From Candidatus Multivoradales bacterium (GTDB taxonomy: Bacteria > Acidobacteriota > Thermoanaerobaculia > Multivoradales > JAHEKO01), in assembly GCA_965223855.1 (NCBI GenBank), contig CBDCXM010000009.1:960001-1024000 (forward strand): DNA of 64,000 nt, in the 5' to 3' direction. Positions 9,956 to 19,827 of the stretch are shown here, piece after piece. The notes under the pieces were generated by a model, which saw only the letters and a list, made by a program, of their open reading frames with translations, searched no databases and had not been told where the DNA came from. The stretch's first letter is position 1, and each line of letters begins with the position of its first letter. Position numbers and translations under genes: made by a program.

Positions 9956-10813
9956 TCAGATGGCGTCGCGTTGTCTCGACGCGCTGTCCTGCAGCCTGCG
10001 ATCGAGCTCGCGAATCGCCCGGCGCACGAGCATCCGCGCCTTGCCCAGCAGCAACAGGGAGCTGAAGCGCACGGCCATCAGGTAGTCGATCTGCTTCGAC
10101 AGGATGAGTCCGCCCGGGGTGGCGTCGAGAGTCATCTCCGCGGTCCCGCTGACGGATTGGAGCGTGGCGAGGAGAGACTCACGCTGGGCGGCAAGGGCGT
10201 CTCCCGGCGAATCCCCGAAGGCGGTCGTGCCTCGAGGGGCTCGATGACGGGCGCCGGTTGCGTCGATCCACTCCACCCACAGGATGCCCGGCTTCCGGGC
10301 CAGCTCTTCCAGCGCATCCCTAAGCACCGTGTCAGGGGAAAGCGCCGGACGAATCTCGGTAGCGAGTGGCGGCACAAGAGCGAAGCCGACCTCGCGGTGC
10401 GACGTGGAGGCCGGTTCGCGATCGGGCGGAAGCAGCGGGCTTGTCACCAGGTGAGCCGACAGCGCTGCATGTACTGCTTCTTCGAGCTCCGCCAGGGAGA
10501 ACGGACTCGAGATGAGACAGTCGGCGCCGGCCTCTGCGGCGAGCGCGTTCGATTCCCCGATCGCATCGGTGGAGATCAAGACGATGCCGATGTCGGGAAA
10601 CTCCTCCGAGTGCCGAAACCGCTGACACACCTCGAGTCCATTCCGGTTCCGAAGGCCAAGCTCACAGATGACCACATCCGGCAACTCCCTGCGAGCCGCG
10701 CGGAGAGCGTCCTCGGCGGACTGCGCGACTGCGACGCTGTGGCCCCTTCCGAGCATCCTCTCGACCGTCTTGCCGAAGTCGACGCTCTCGCCGAAGACGA
10801 GGATCCTGTTCAT
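9956..10813 (-). CDS. Pseudo-receiver domain fused to a C-terminal Roadblock/LC7-like domain
   Basis: N-terminal REC fold (PDVVICEL..NGLEVC..GADCLI..PF) with Glu at the phospho-Asp position. C-terminus (LEELARKPGILWVEWIDATG...LGKARMLVRRAIREL) follows the Roadblock pattern. Confidence 0.65.
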   Translation of the reverse strand: MNRILVFGESVDFGKTVERMLGRGHSVAVAQSAEDALRAARRELPDVVICELGLRNRNGLEVCQRFRHSEEFPDIGIVLISTDAIGESNALAAEAGADCLISSPFSLAELEEAVHAALSAHLVTSPLLPPDREPASTSHREVGFALVPPLATEIRPALSPDTVLRDALEELARKPGILWVEWIDATGARHRAPRGTTAFGDSPGDALAAQRESLLATLQSVSGTAEMTLDATPGGLILSKQIDYLMAVRFSSLLLLGKARMLVRRAIRELDRRLQDSASRQRDAI

Positions 10814-11577
10814 GGCCCCGCTTCCTCGCGGCTCGCGTGATCCAGTCTCATGCCCGCCTCGAGCAGGAGCTCCATGCCATGGATCTCCAGGGTCTGTGGA
10901 ACTCCGACCATGCTCTCCTCGCTGGTCGATGTGAACGCGAACGGAATGCCGCCTGGTGCCGGCCTTCTCGCGAGCAGCTCGGTGACCGCTTCGAGTCCGG
11001 TCACGCTGTCGGCCTCTGCGTGGAGGAGGAACCCCCGACGGTAGTAGAGCGAGGCGGTCGCGTCACCGAACTGAAGGGAGAGCCTGCCGGTGCTGACGGT
11101 CCGCCCGAAGAAGAGAATGAGTTCGGGAAGCCCTACGCCCTCGAGACTCCCCTCGAGGGAGATCCGGCTGGCCTCGGCCGCTGGAGAGCATTTGTCGGAA
11201 CGCCGGCTCTTCGCCTCGCTCTTCTCCGGATCGAGCGCAGCGAGAATGCGGTTCGCTGTCAGGATGCGGCTCTCGTCCTCTTGCACGAAACAGGTCGCGT
11301 CAAGCGGTCCTGCCTGGATCGCCGTCTCCCGGCCGAAGATGAGAAGGGCAATCTCGCCGAGCAGATTCTCGAGATCCAGTGCCTCGACCAGCTCCCCAGG
11401 GGTCAGGCCCACCTGGTCGGCGGCGTAGACGATGGCGTCGGGTCGGCACTCCCGGACCCTTTCCAGTGCGCTGACCGCTTCGGGTATGTGCTCTGTCTCG
11501 ACACCACTAGCCTCGAAGGCCCCGACCAGGGTCATGGCGCGCCGTGCGTCGGGGTCGATGAGGAGGAAGCGCCTCAT
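10810..11577 (-). CDS. Degenerate receiver plus DUF4388 (PatA-N-like) domain protein
   Basis: Start re-called at MRRFLLIDPD (11577). LEGSLEGVGLPELILFF...TGRL...LYYRRG..HAE...GLEAV..L is the DUF4388 signature. Confidence 0.75.
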   Translation of the reverse strand: MRRFLLIDPDARRAMTLVGAFEASGVETEHIPEAVSALERVRECRPDAIVYAADQVGLTPGELVEALDLENLLGEIALLIFGRETAIQAGPLDATCFVQEDESRILTANRILAALDPEKSEAKSRRSDKCSPAAEASRISLEGSLEGVGLPELILFFGRTVSTGRLSLQFGDATASLYYRRGFLLHAEADSVTGLEAVTELLARRPAPGGIPFAFTSTSEESMVGVPQTLEIHGMELLLEAGMRLDHASREEAGP

Positions 11578-11618
11578 AGACTCCGTTTGCTCCGGAGGCC
11601 GTTGAGCAGCGACAACTC

Positions 11619-12095
11619 TCAGTCCTCGAAGAGCTCGTCGAGCGCGGGGTCTGATACTCGGAGAGGCGAGGTGGGCCGCAGTGGCTGGGCCGGGCTCTCT
11701 TCCGGGTCGTTCAGGTCCGCTAACGGTAGTGGCCCGCGGAGGCACTGTTGCACCGTCTCCTGCAAGGAGATGGGCGAAAAAGGCTTGACCAGATACTTGG
11801 TGGCGCCAAGAAGGTAGCCACGGTCGATGTCGGACTCGCTACTCTTCGAGGAGATGAGGACGATCGGCAGCTCCGCGGCCGAAGTCGACCTTCTCAGCGA
11901 CTCCAGGACCTCGTACCCGTCCGGATCCGGCATCGAGATGTCGAGGAGCAGGACGTCCGGCGCAACCTCTTCGACGAGCGCCTCTGTCTGGTTGGTGTGG
12001 CCGCTCATGTGAACCTCATGTCCGGCTCCTTCGAGGATCGAGCCGATCAGCTTTCGATCTGCTTCGGAGTCGTCGATGACAAGAAGTGATGCCAT
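11619..12095 (-). CDS. Single-domain CheY-like response regulator
   Basis: VIDD, LLDISMPDPDG (phospho-Asp), GATKYLVKPF. Confidence 0.9.
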   Translation of the reverse strand: MASLLVIDDSEADRKLIGSILEGAGHEVHMSGHTNQTEALVEEVAPDVLLLDISMPDPDGYEVLESLRRSTSAAELPIVLISSKSSESDIDRGYLLGATKYLVKPFSPISLQETVQQCLRGPLPLADLNDPEESPAQPLRPTSPLRVSDPALDELFED

Positions 12096-12188
12096 GGGTG
12101 CTGCTCCTGTTGTGAGTTGGAATGGCGAGACGGCAACTCAGGGGCTCACGAGAGTCGAGTCGTCCTGGAAGAGAGGCCCTCGAAGGTG

Positions 12189-13589
12189 TCAGCCGTGCCT
12201 GCTTCGAGGCTCTCGCGAGTCCCGGAAAGCATGCAGGGCGAGAGCCTGATCCCGGGTCAGCATCCGAGTCGCCAGCGACTCGATTTTCGTGCGCAGCTCG
12301 CTCAGTAGCGGCGACCAATCGTGCCTTCCGCCGGTGATTCCGAGCAGGCCCAGATACGGGGGCTCGTCCGGATCTGCAGCCACGGTGTTCAGCCCGAGAG
12401 GCAGGTGCCGTCCTGCCCTGGAAGCTTTCAACACCGCTTGCAGGCCGGCCGCCCAGAGCCGGTCGAATCGATCTATGGTCTCGTCGGCGCCGTACCCCGA
12501 CCACTCGAGCGCGGTCAGCTCATCCTCGAGGCTCTTGCGCTTTCGGACTACTTCCCAGATCTGGACGCCTTCCTCGAATGTCGGAAGCAGCGCAAGAGCA
12601 CGTCCGGTGGAGATCAAGCCGACGAGCTTCACGTGCTCTCTGGCCCAGGCGATCAGGTGTGGTCGCGCCAGCTCGGGCGTGTCGAAGGACCGGGTCTCGT
12701 CAGTGGCGAAGCTCCAGTTGCGAGTTTCACCGCGCGCTCTCAATGCACCCAATTCCAGCCAGGAGATGTCCTCGCGAAGTGCCTCGCTCAGGAGCAGTCG
12801 CCCCTCCACCGGCGGCCACACCGTGCCCTCGCCCACCGGAGTCAGCAGATCCGGTGTTACGTTGCTCGAGAACCGCTGTCGAGCGAGTTCGTCGAAAGAG
12901 GACGACGACGTTCGCCGGGATGCCACGGAGAGCTCAGGCCGGAGTTCATCGTCTTCGAGATCAAGCTCGGCGAGAAGGGCATTGGGGGAGGAGCTCCCGG
13001 CATCTGCCGCTTCGAGGTGTCCAAGGGAGTCGAGCTCACGGACCCGGGCCAGAGCTGCTCTCACCGCTGCAACGAACGTCTCGCGAACGCCGGTGCCTTC
13101 TGTTGCCGAAGTCTCGTGCCACTCGTGGTCTCCGGTAAGTCTCGCGTCAAGGTCGGACACTGCGATGGCGGTACGCATGTCTCGCTTGTTCAGCTGCAAG
13201 AGCATCGGAACTTGCCGGCCGCTGTCGACGAGGTAATCCAGGCATTCCTCGAGGGCGACCTGACTGGCAGCAAGGGCGGACTCGCGAGTGTCGACCACGA
13301 AGACGATCACGTCGGCGTCCTCGAGGATCCTGCGGCGCCTCGCTGCCAGAGCGGGCTGGCCAGGAACGGCAACGAGCTGGCATTGGATCGGACGCCCGCC
13401 GAATCGACCCGCGGTGTGCTCGACCCAGTCGAAGTAGAGAGTGCGACCCTCCCGCTCACCAGGTGTGATCATCTCGGCGCCGAGTGAGCGACTCAGCGCC
13501 TCGAGCGTGGCGGTCTTTCCCGCCTCCGCGGCACCGTCGTACACAAGCCGAAGGCGAAGACAACCCGTCTCTGTGTCAATCTGAGGCAT
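12189..13589 (-). CDS. mglA: MglA-family small GTPase with ~270-aa C-terminal extension
   Basis: G1 GAAEAGKT, RTLYFD (MglA switch I with intrinsic Arg), VPGQ, NKRD, TSA. Start at MPQID (13589) aligns with the MglA N-terminus; alternative TTG start at 13640. Confidence 0.8.
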   Translation of the reverse strand: MPQIDTETGCLRLRLVYDGAAEAGKTATLEALSRSLGAEMITPGEREGRTLYFDWVEHTAGRFGGRPIQCQLVAVPGQPALAARRRRILEDADVIVFVVDTRESALAASQVALEECLDYLVDSGRQVPMLLQLNKRDMRTAIAVSDLDARLTGDHEWHETSATEGTGVRETFVAAVRAALARVRELDSLGHLEAADAGSSSPNALLAELDLEDDELRPELSVASRRTSSSSFDELARQRFSSNVTPDLLTPVGEGTVWPPVEGRLLLSEALREDISWLELGALRARGETRNWSFATDETRSFDTPELARPHLIAWAREHVKLVGLISTGRALALLPTFEEGVQIWEVVRKRKSLEDELTALEWSGYGADETIDRFDRLWAAGLQAVLKASRAGRHLPLGLNTVAADPDEPPYLGLLGITGGRHDWSPLLSELRTKIESLATRMLTRDQALALHAFRDSREPRSRHG

Positions 13590-13714
13590 GCCGGGACCCA
13601 GCGGCTCCTGAGAGACGACAGTTTGGCCCTCGGTCGCCAATGCCGGGAGTTTGAGACGAGCGACAGGCTTTCGAGGAGCCTGTCGCTCTCTCAGGTCGGC
13701 GTGGGGTGCTTCGT

Positions 13715-14083
13715 CTAGGCGGCCGCCTGGACGGTCGAAGCGACGGCGCGCCGAACAAGAGCGAGATTGGACTGCGACTTGTCGACTGCCAGGTAGAGGA
13801 AGGTGCCTTTGTCGATCAGCTTGATCAGATGGATCTGGTCGCTGAGAGTCAGCAGCATGTCCTCGAGGTCCGAGTCAAGGCCGAGGGCCCCGATGGTCTT
13901 GAGCTTCATCTTGACCATCTCGCTGTTGTAGGCGCTTGCTGCGTCCAGGTCGAAGTCCGTTCTTTGGGTGCGAACGGCGATGGTCATTCCTGAATCGATG
14001 TCGGCAACCGAGGCGCCGATGAAGCCTCCAAGGCTCGCTTCCAGGCTCTCGAGGGCTGACTCCATGTTGTTGTCGTTGGGCAT
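13715..14083 (-). CDS. Roadblock/LC7 (MglB-like) protein
   Basis: 122 aa; GFIGASVADIDSGM...LEDMLLTLSDQIHLI...FLYLAVDK..NLAL pattern; AGGAG RBS. Confidence 0.8.
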   Translation of the reverse strand: MPNDNNMESALESLEASLGGFIGASVADIDSGMTIAVRTQRTDFDLDAASAYNSEMVKMKLKTIGALGLDSDLEDMLLTLSDQIHLIKLIDKGTFLYLAVDKSQSNLALVRRAVASTVQAAA

Positions 14084-14123
14084 TGCTCTTTACTCCTTTG
14101 GGTGCGGTTTGGGAAGGTCGCCG

Positions 14124-14492
14124 TCAGACGACTTCGAGATCCTGCTCGACGGTTCTCAGCGAGTGCCGTGCCATGGCCAGATTCGCCTTGGCCTTGTCGA
14201 TCACGAGATAGACGAAGAGTGCATCGTTGTCGTTCACTGGGCGGATCAGGTGGAACTGCTTGTCCAGCGTGATCAGGATGTCGTCGATGCGGTCATCGAG
14301 GTCGAGGGACCTCATCGTGGCGCGCTTGGCCCGCACGACTTCCGTATTGCCGGCGGCGGCCACTTCGAGGTCGATGCTGCTACCGCCGCCGTTCGACGCC
14401 AGCATCATGCCGCTGTCGCTGTCGACGATGCAGGCGCCGACGTAGCCATTGATCTCCGCGAGTTGGTCGAGTGCTTCTTGCGCAGTACTCAT
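14124..14492 (-). CDS. Roadblock/LC7 (MglB-like) protein, paralog of the adjacent gene
   Basis: 122 aa; GYVGACIVDSDSGM...IDDILITLDKQFHLIR...LVIDKAKANLAMAR; AAGGAGG RBS. Confidence 0.8.
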   Translation of the reverse strand: MSTAQEALDQLAEINGYVGACIVDSDSGMMLASNGGGSSIDLEVAAAGNTEVVRAKRATMRSLDLDDRIDDILITLDKQFHLIRPVNDNDALFVYLVIDKAKANLAMARHSLRTVEQDLEVV

Positions 14493-14889
14493 TCGTGAAT
14501 CCTCCTTGGGTGGGATGTCTTGCGTCGGGTCACTTTGCCCGGGCTGTACCTCCCTATCGCAAGCGGCGTACCACGGTCGGATAGGGTAGTTTGACGACCG
14601 CTAAATGTTTGTATTCAAGTGGCTTGCGGGTTTCGCGCCGGCAGAGCCTCAGAAGGGGTTGCGTCCGGATTCCGAACAGTCGTTTTCGGATACCGAACGG
14701 GGCTGCGGCGCCCGAGAGGGAGGGCTCCGGAATCTCGGACCTCCCAGGGGGTAACGATCGAGTCGGGCCGTGCGCCTAGCTCAGAAAGAAGATCGGTGAT
14801 CGAGGAATGCAGTCGGGTCGCCGCTTCGGCCCGGTGGCCGTGAGGTGGGCTGCAATCCCAACAACTATCTGTTTCTGAGGAGGAAACCC

Positions 14890-15195
14890 ATGGGAAAGTG
14901 GGCATTCATTGCCGGATTGGTACTTGCCGTTGTAGCAGCCTTCGTCGATCTGGGGTGGCTGCCCTGGGCCGTCGCCGGGCTCGGCGTCGTCGTCGGTCTT
15001 CTCAACGTGACCGAAAGCGAGACCCGGACGTTCCTGCTGGCGGCCGCCGGCCTGACGATCGCCTTGATCTCGATTCAGGCGCAGCGCTACAACCCGGACT
15101 GGCTGACCGACATCGTCTTTTTCGCCAAGGTGTTCGTCTCGCACGCCTTGCTGATCGTTGCGCTGATGTCGGTCTTCGAGACCGCGAGGGACTGA
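14890..15195 (+). CDS. Small multi-pass membrane protein
   Basis: GAGGAGGA RBS before ATG 14890; about four hydrophobic segments. Confidence 0.7.
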   Translation: MGKWAFIAGLVLAVVAAFVDLGWLPWAVAGLGVVVGLLNVTESETRTFLLAAAGLTIALISIQAQRYNPDWLTDIVFFAKVFVSHALLIVALMSVFETARD

Positions 15196-15207
15196 AAGCC
15201 GGCCAGG

Positions 15208-16227
15208 CTAGGGAACCGCTCCCACCTTCATGCCGTCGCCGGCGACCTTGGGAACACCCTGCGCCATGATGAGGCGGAAGGCTCCCCCCTTGAGGCCGCG
15301 ACCGCTACCCTGGGTCGCCGTGAACACTTCCGACGTTTCGGTCGAGAGGAGTTCGACTTCGAGCGCTGCGTCGGGCTGGAAGAAGAAGGTGCCGAGCGGC
15401 ACGCCGAGTTCGAAGGCATAGGTCGAGGTGCCGACGGCGACGATCAGGCGGTCGGTGCTGATGTTGGTCAGCGTCACCTCGAGCGTCCGGCCGTCGCCGC
15501 CTTCGGGCACCCGGAAGTCGAGGGCGACCGCCCCCTGCTGATAGGCGAGGGCCACGTCGATCCGGCGGGCTTCGGCGCGCTCGAGCGTCCGGACCGCGGT
15601 AGTTCCATGGTCGACGAGCACGGTCTCGAACGACGACTCGCCGCTCTTCTTGTGGTTCGAGGTCGATTTCTGGTGCACCAGGCCGAAGGGGATCCCGGCG
15701 TTGAGGCAGGTCTCGCCCGTCATCGTCCCGGGATTGGGTCCGCCCAGCACGGCTCGGAAGGAGAAGACATCGCACTCCACACCGCCGTGCGTCGCAGAGC
15801 CGCCGGCGTCGAAACCGCCGCCGAAGTCGGCCATCGAGTCCCGCATCGCCGTGACCATCGACGGCGCCTGCTCCATCGGCGCGCTGCCGGCGACGACGAA
15901 GCTCGCCCCCGAGAGCGCCTTCCCGAAGCTGAGAAACCGGTTCTGCCAGTCGAAGCCGGGCTCGATGACGAAGATGCTCGTCGAGCCGCCGCCGGCTCCC
16001 GGCCCTTCGAGGAACTCGGTCTCGATCTCGACCACGAAGCCGCCGTCACGGTCGGCGAGGCGGGTGTAGGTGGCGGCGGTCCGCGCCCCCGCCGATGTCG
16101 TCGTCTCATAGCGCGCCCAGCTGCCGGGTGAGGTCGATCCGAAGTAGGGCCGAGGGAGGTCGCCGGCCATCAGCGAGCCTGCTCCCAGGAAGACGAGTGT
16201 CGCTGCAACGGCACTGACTGCTTTCAT
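15208..16227 (-). CDS. Secreted hypothetical protein
   Basis: AAGGAG RBS before MKAVSAVAATLVFL; signal-peptide-like; GC3 bias. Confidence 0.65.
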   Translation of the reverse strand: MKAVSAVAATLVFLGAGSLMAGDLPRPYFGSTSPGSWARYETTTSAGARTAATYTRLADRDGGFVVEIETEFLEGPGAGGGSTSIFVIEPGFDWQNRFLSFGKALSGASFVVAGSAPMEQAPSMVTAMRDSMADFGGGFDAGGSATHGGVECDVFSFRAVLGGPNPGTMTGETCLNAGIPFGLVHQKSTSNHKKSGESSFETVLVDHGTTAVRTLERAEARRIDVALAYQQGAVALDFRVPEGGDGRTLEVTLTNISTDRLIVAVGTSTYAFELGVPLGTFFFQPDAALEVELLSTETSEVFTATQGSGRGLKGGAFRLIMAQGVPKVAGDGMKVGAVP

Positions 16228-16411
16228 CCGAGTCTCCTTCGTCGCTGATCGACGCGCGCTGCGAGCCGCTCTATACCGGACGTTCCTCGCCACACCGGTG
16301 AGCGCACGAAGCACGCAAGCCGGCCTGGCGACAGGTTGCAAGAGGGAGCGGGCAGGCTAGCACGCGGGTCTGGAGCGGCCGAGCCGGCCGACTAGAGCCC
16401 GAGGCGGCGAC

Positions 16412-17224
16412 TCAGGAAGGAGCGTTCGCCCGTAGAGACGGGCCCGCGGTCTCGACCGGCCCGCGGGGAGCGCGCTTCGCCGGATGGCCGTCGTCGGCGG
16501 AGCGGGAGCGCAGCAGCTTCAACGGGCAACGCCAGATGGTGCGCGGCAGATCGACCAGGTCGTCCGGGGCTCGGGTCGTGAACTCGAAGCTCGTCTCGTC
16601 CGGCAGCGCTGTGGAGTCGAGCAGCGCCCGTACCGCCTGCTCCCCCTGCACGTCATCTCCTGTTGCGTGGATGACGGCGCCGTCTATGTAGTAGATCTCC
16701 GCCTCCAGGCATCCGTGGCACAGACGTAGACGACCGGTGCTGCCGGTCTGCTGGAAGAACGCCATCAACTCGGCGAGCTCGACGATGTCGAGGCTGCCGG
16801 CGAGTGACGAGCGGCCGCCGCGATCGAGCCGAGGTGGTGGACCCTGCGGGTTGCCGGCACGTTCTACGCCGGCGGCCGTGAGCGCAGCGACGATGTTGTC
16901 GGCGATCAGGGCGGCATCGTCGCGCCTGCCGACGATCACCCCGCAGGCGCCCTCGACCGACTGCACCTCCTCGCGCCGCCCGTAGACGACGATCTTGTGC
17001 CGTGACAGTGCAGAATGGCTCTTGAGGAGCTCAAGAACCTGGGGCGTGGTCAGGTAGCTGGAGCCGCAGGCGAAGGCGACCGCATGGGGCGTTCGCCTGT
17101 CGGCTGCGGCGAGCGCGAAGACCGGTTCCTCGACCCGGAGCGTCTCCACACCGAGCGCCTCGAGAGCGACCTCGAGACCGAGCGCGCGGCCGCGATCCGG
17201 TTCGATCAGCAGAAGGTGGCTCAT
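16412..17224 (-). CDS. Degenerate receiver plus DUF4388 protein (paralog of 10810-11577)
   Basis: MSHLLLIEPD..R; LAGSLDIVELAELMAFF..TGSTGRL...IYYIDG.VIHA...GEQAV; same architecture as 10810-11577. Confidence 0.7.
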   Translation of the reverse strand: MSHLLLIEPDRGRALGLEVALEALGVETLRVEEPVFALAAADRRTPHAVAFACGSSYLTTPQVLELLKSHSALSRHKIVVYGRREEVQSVEGACGVIVGRRDDAALIADNIVAALTAAGVERAGNPQGPPPRLDRGGRSSLAGSLDIVELAELMAFFQQTGSTGRLRLCHGCLEAEIYYIDGAVIHATGDDVQGEQAVRALLDSTALPDETSFEFTTRAPDDLVDLPRTIWRCPLKLLRSRSADDGHPAKRAPRGPVETAGPSLRANAPS

Positions 17225-17606
17225 TGCTGCTCCCGCTTCTGGACGTGGTCCGATGAGTGGGCGGCGGGTCGGGTCGAGGAGAAGTAGATGGCTTTGTGCA
17301 AGGTGCTCCTTGGAGGCAGGGAGAAGGGATCCGTCGGTCATTCCCTGTCAGGAGCAAGGACTGGGCCACTTCGTGCCGACGGTGCATTCGGCAGGGAAGT
17401 CGCTTGGAGAGAGAGGTTTGGGTGACTCCTGGCGTGCCGACCGGAGCGGTAGTCGGGGTCCGCATTCTGAAGTCTCCGTCCAGATCCCGGACGCCGTCGT
17501 GTGCCGTCGATCGGGAGCGGCCGGTTCGGCTCTACAATCCCCTGCCATGAGAGCGGCTAGGAGAGTGCCCGGAGAGAGTCTGTTGGGAGAGCCCCCCGGA
17601 GAAACA

Positions 17607-19802
17607 GTGAAGAAGCGGCGGCGCGGCGGCTGGCTCGTCCTGGCGGTTGCCGGCGGCGTCGGGCTGCCGCTCGCGAGCCCGGCGGAGGGGCAGGCAACGG
17701 AGGCGAACCGGCGCTCGATGCGCGCCGGGCGCGCGACCGTCGTCCCGACCCTCGACGGCGAGGTTCTGGACGACGAGGGCTGGGCGGCGATCGAGCCGAC
17801 CGGCGGGTTCGTCCAGAACACTCCCGACGAAGGGGAGCCGGCGACCGAGCGAACCGAGGTCCGTGTCGCCTTCACCGACGACACGCTCTACGTCGGCGTC
17901 GTCTGTTTCGATCGCGATCCGTCCGCGATCGTCGTCTCCGACAGCAGGCGCGACGCCTCACTGAGCGAGACCGATGCCTTCCTGATCCTCCTGGACAGCT
18001 ACGACGACCGGCAGACCGGCTTCGTCTTCGGCACCAACCCGGCCGGCATCGAGTACGACGGCCAGGTGACCGCCCGCACCGAAGGGGGGCTGACCGCCGG
18101 CAACGCCTTCAATCTCAACTGGGACGCCTCCTGGGAGGTGCGCACCCGCATCGCCGAGGACGGCTGGAGCGCCGAGTTCGCGATCCCGTTCCGAACCCTG
18201 CGCTACAAAGGAGCCGGGGAGCAGCGCTGGGGCGTCAACTTCCAGCGCAACATCCGGCGCCGCAACGAGGTGTCGTTCTGGGCGCCGCTCGACCGCCAGT
18301 TCAACCTCTTCCGGGTGTCGGGAGCAGGCGCGCTCGAGGGGCTGGAGGTACCGCGACTGCGCAACCTCCAGGTGACCCCCTACGTGCTGGCGGACGCGCG
18401 CAAGGCGGGTGTCAGCGGCGCGACGACCGAGACAGACCTCGACGGCGGCTTCGACCTCAAGTACGGCGTCACGCCGAGCCTGACGCTCGATGCGACCGTC
18501 AACACCGACTTCGCCCAGGTCGAGGCCGACGAGCAGCAGATCAACCTCGACCGCTTCAACCTCTTCTTTCCCGAGAAGCGGCCGTTCTTCCTCGAGAACG
18601 CCGGGCTGTTCTCGGTCGGCGTGCCGCAGGAGGTCGAGCTCTTCTTCAGCCGTCGCATCGGGCTGAGCCCCGGGGGCGAGGCGATCCCGATCGAGGCCGG
18701 CTTGCGCCTCTCCGGCAAGGCGGGGGCGAACAACCTCGGCCTCCTCTACATGCGCGCCGAGGAGACACCCGGAGTGGCGCCGCGCAACGACTTCGCCGTC
18801 GCCCGACTGAGCCGCGACCTGCCGAACCGCTCCGCGATCGGCGCGATCTTCGTCGGCCGCGACGGCGCCGACGGCGGCGACAACCAGGCGTTCGGCATCG
18901 ACGGCCAGTGGGGGCTGGGAGAGTACGGCCAGGTGTCGGGGTTCGTCGCCCGCACGGAGACTCCCGGTATCGAGACCGACGACCACGCCTTCCGCCTCGC
19001 CGCGCGCTACGACTCGGACACGCTCATCTACTCGATCGGCTACACCGAGGTCGGCGAGGGGTTCAACCCCGAGGTCGGCTTCCTGCAGCGCCGCGGCTAC
19101 CGCAAGCCCGACGCCTTCGTCCTCTATCGCTACCGTCCGGAGAACTGGCTCGGCATCCACGAGATGCGGCCGCACATCTCGTACCGCGGCTTCTGGAACT
19201 TCGACGATTTCCAGGAGACCGGCTACCTCCATGTCGATAACCACTGGGAGTGGAAGAACGGCTACGAGGTTCACACCGGCATCAACTTCACCCGCGAGGG
19301 GGTAGAGACGCCGTTCGAGATCTTCCCCGGCGTCACCGTGCCGGCGGGCACCTACGACCACGAGGACCTCCAGCTCGTCTTCTTCACCAACCGTGGCGCG
19401 CCGGTGTCGTTCGAGACCCGGATGACGCTCGGCGGGATCTTCGGCGGCGACCGCAACTCGATCTCGCCCGGCGTGCGCTGGCGTGCCGGCGAGAAGTTCA
19501 CCGGCGAGGTCAACTGGACCTACAACGACGTCGACCTGCCGGGCGGCAGCTTCGAGACCAACCTCGGTCGCACCCGCATCTCCTACTCCTTCACCCCGCG
19601 GATGTTCCTGCAAGCGCTGGTGCAGTACAACGACCGCGCCGACCGCTGGGCCACCAACCTGCGCTTCGGCTGGCTCGAGAGCGCCAACACGGGGCTCTTC
19701 GTCGTCTACAACGACGTGCGCGACATCGGCGGCGCCGGGACCGGCATCCCGGACCGCAATCTGATCGTCAAGTACAGCCGGCTCTTCGATCTGCTCCGAT
19801 AG
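17607..19802 (+). CDS. DUF5916 / CBM9-like domain outer-membrane protein
   Basis: PTLDG..W, TEVRV.F..DTLY, WSAEFAIPF, NTDFAQVEAD..QINL.RF.LFFPEKRPFFLE, LFFSRRIG. Start uncertain (GTG 17607 or ATG 17547). Confidence 0.85.
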   Translation: MKKRRRGGWLVLAVAGGVGLPLASPAEGQATEANRRSMRAGRATVVPTLDGEVLDDEGWAAIEPTGGFVQNTPDEGEPATERTEVRVAFTDDTLYVGVVCFDRDPSAIVVSDSRRDASLSETDAFLILLDSYDDRQTGFVFGTNPAGIEYDGQVTARTEGGLTAGNAFNLNWDASWEVRTRIAEDGWSAEFAIPFRTLRYKGAGEQRWGVNFQRNIRRRNEVSFWAPLDRQFNLFRVSGAGALEGLEVPRLRNLQVTPYVLADARKAGVSGATTETDLDGGFDLKYGVTPSLTLDATVNTDFAQVEADEQQINLDRFNLFFPEKRPFFLENAGLFSVGVPQEVELFFSRRIGLSPGGEAIPIEAGLRLSGKAGANNLGLLYMRAEETPGVAPRNDFAVARLSRDLPNRSAIGAIFVGRDGADGGDNQAFGIDGQWGLGEYGQVSGFVARTETPGIETDDHAFRLAARYDSDTLIYSIGYTEVGEGFNPEVGFLQRRGYRKPDAFVLYRYRPENWLGIHEMRPHISYRGFWNFDDFQETGYLHVDNHWEWKNGYEVHTGINFTREGVETPFEIFPGVTVPAGTYDHEDLQLVFFTNRGAPVSFETRMTLGGIFGGDRNSISPGVRWRAGEKFTGEVNWTYNDVDLPGGSFETNLGRTRISYSFTPRMFLQALVQYNDRADRWATNLRFGWLESANTGLFVVYNDVRDIGGAGTGIPDRNLIVKYSRLFDLLR

Positions 19803-19827
19803 GCACTGCTGAGCCAGACCGCCTTTC

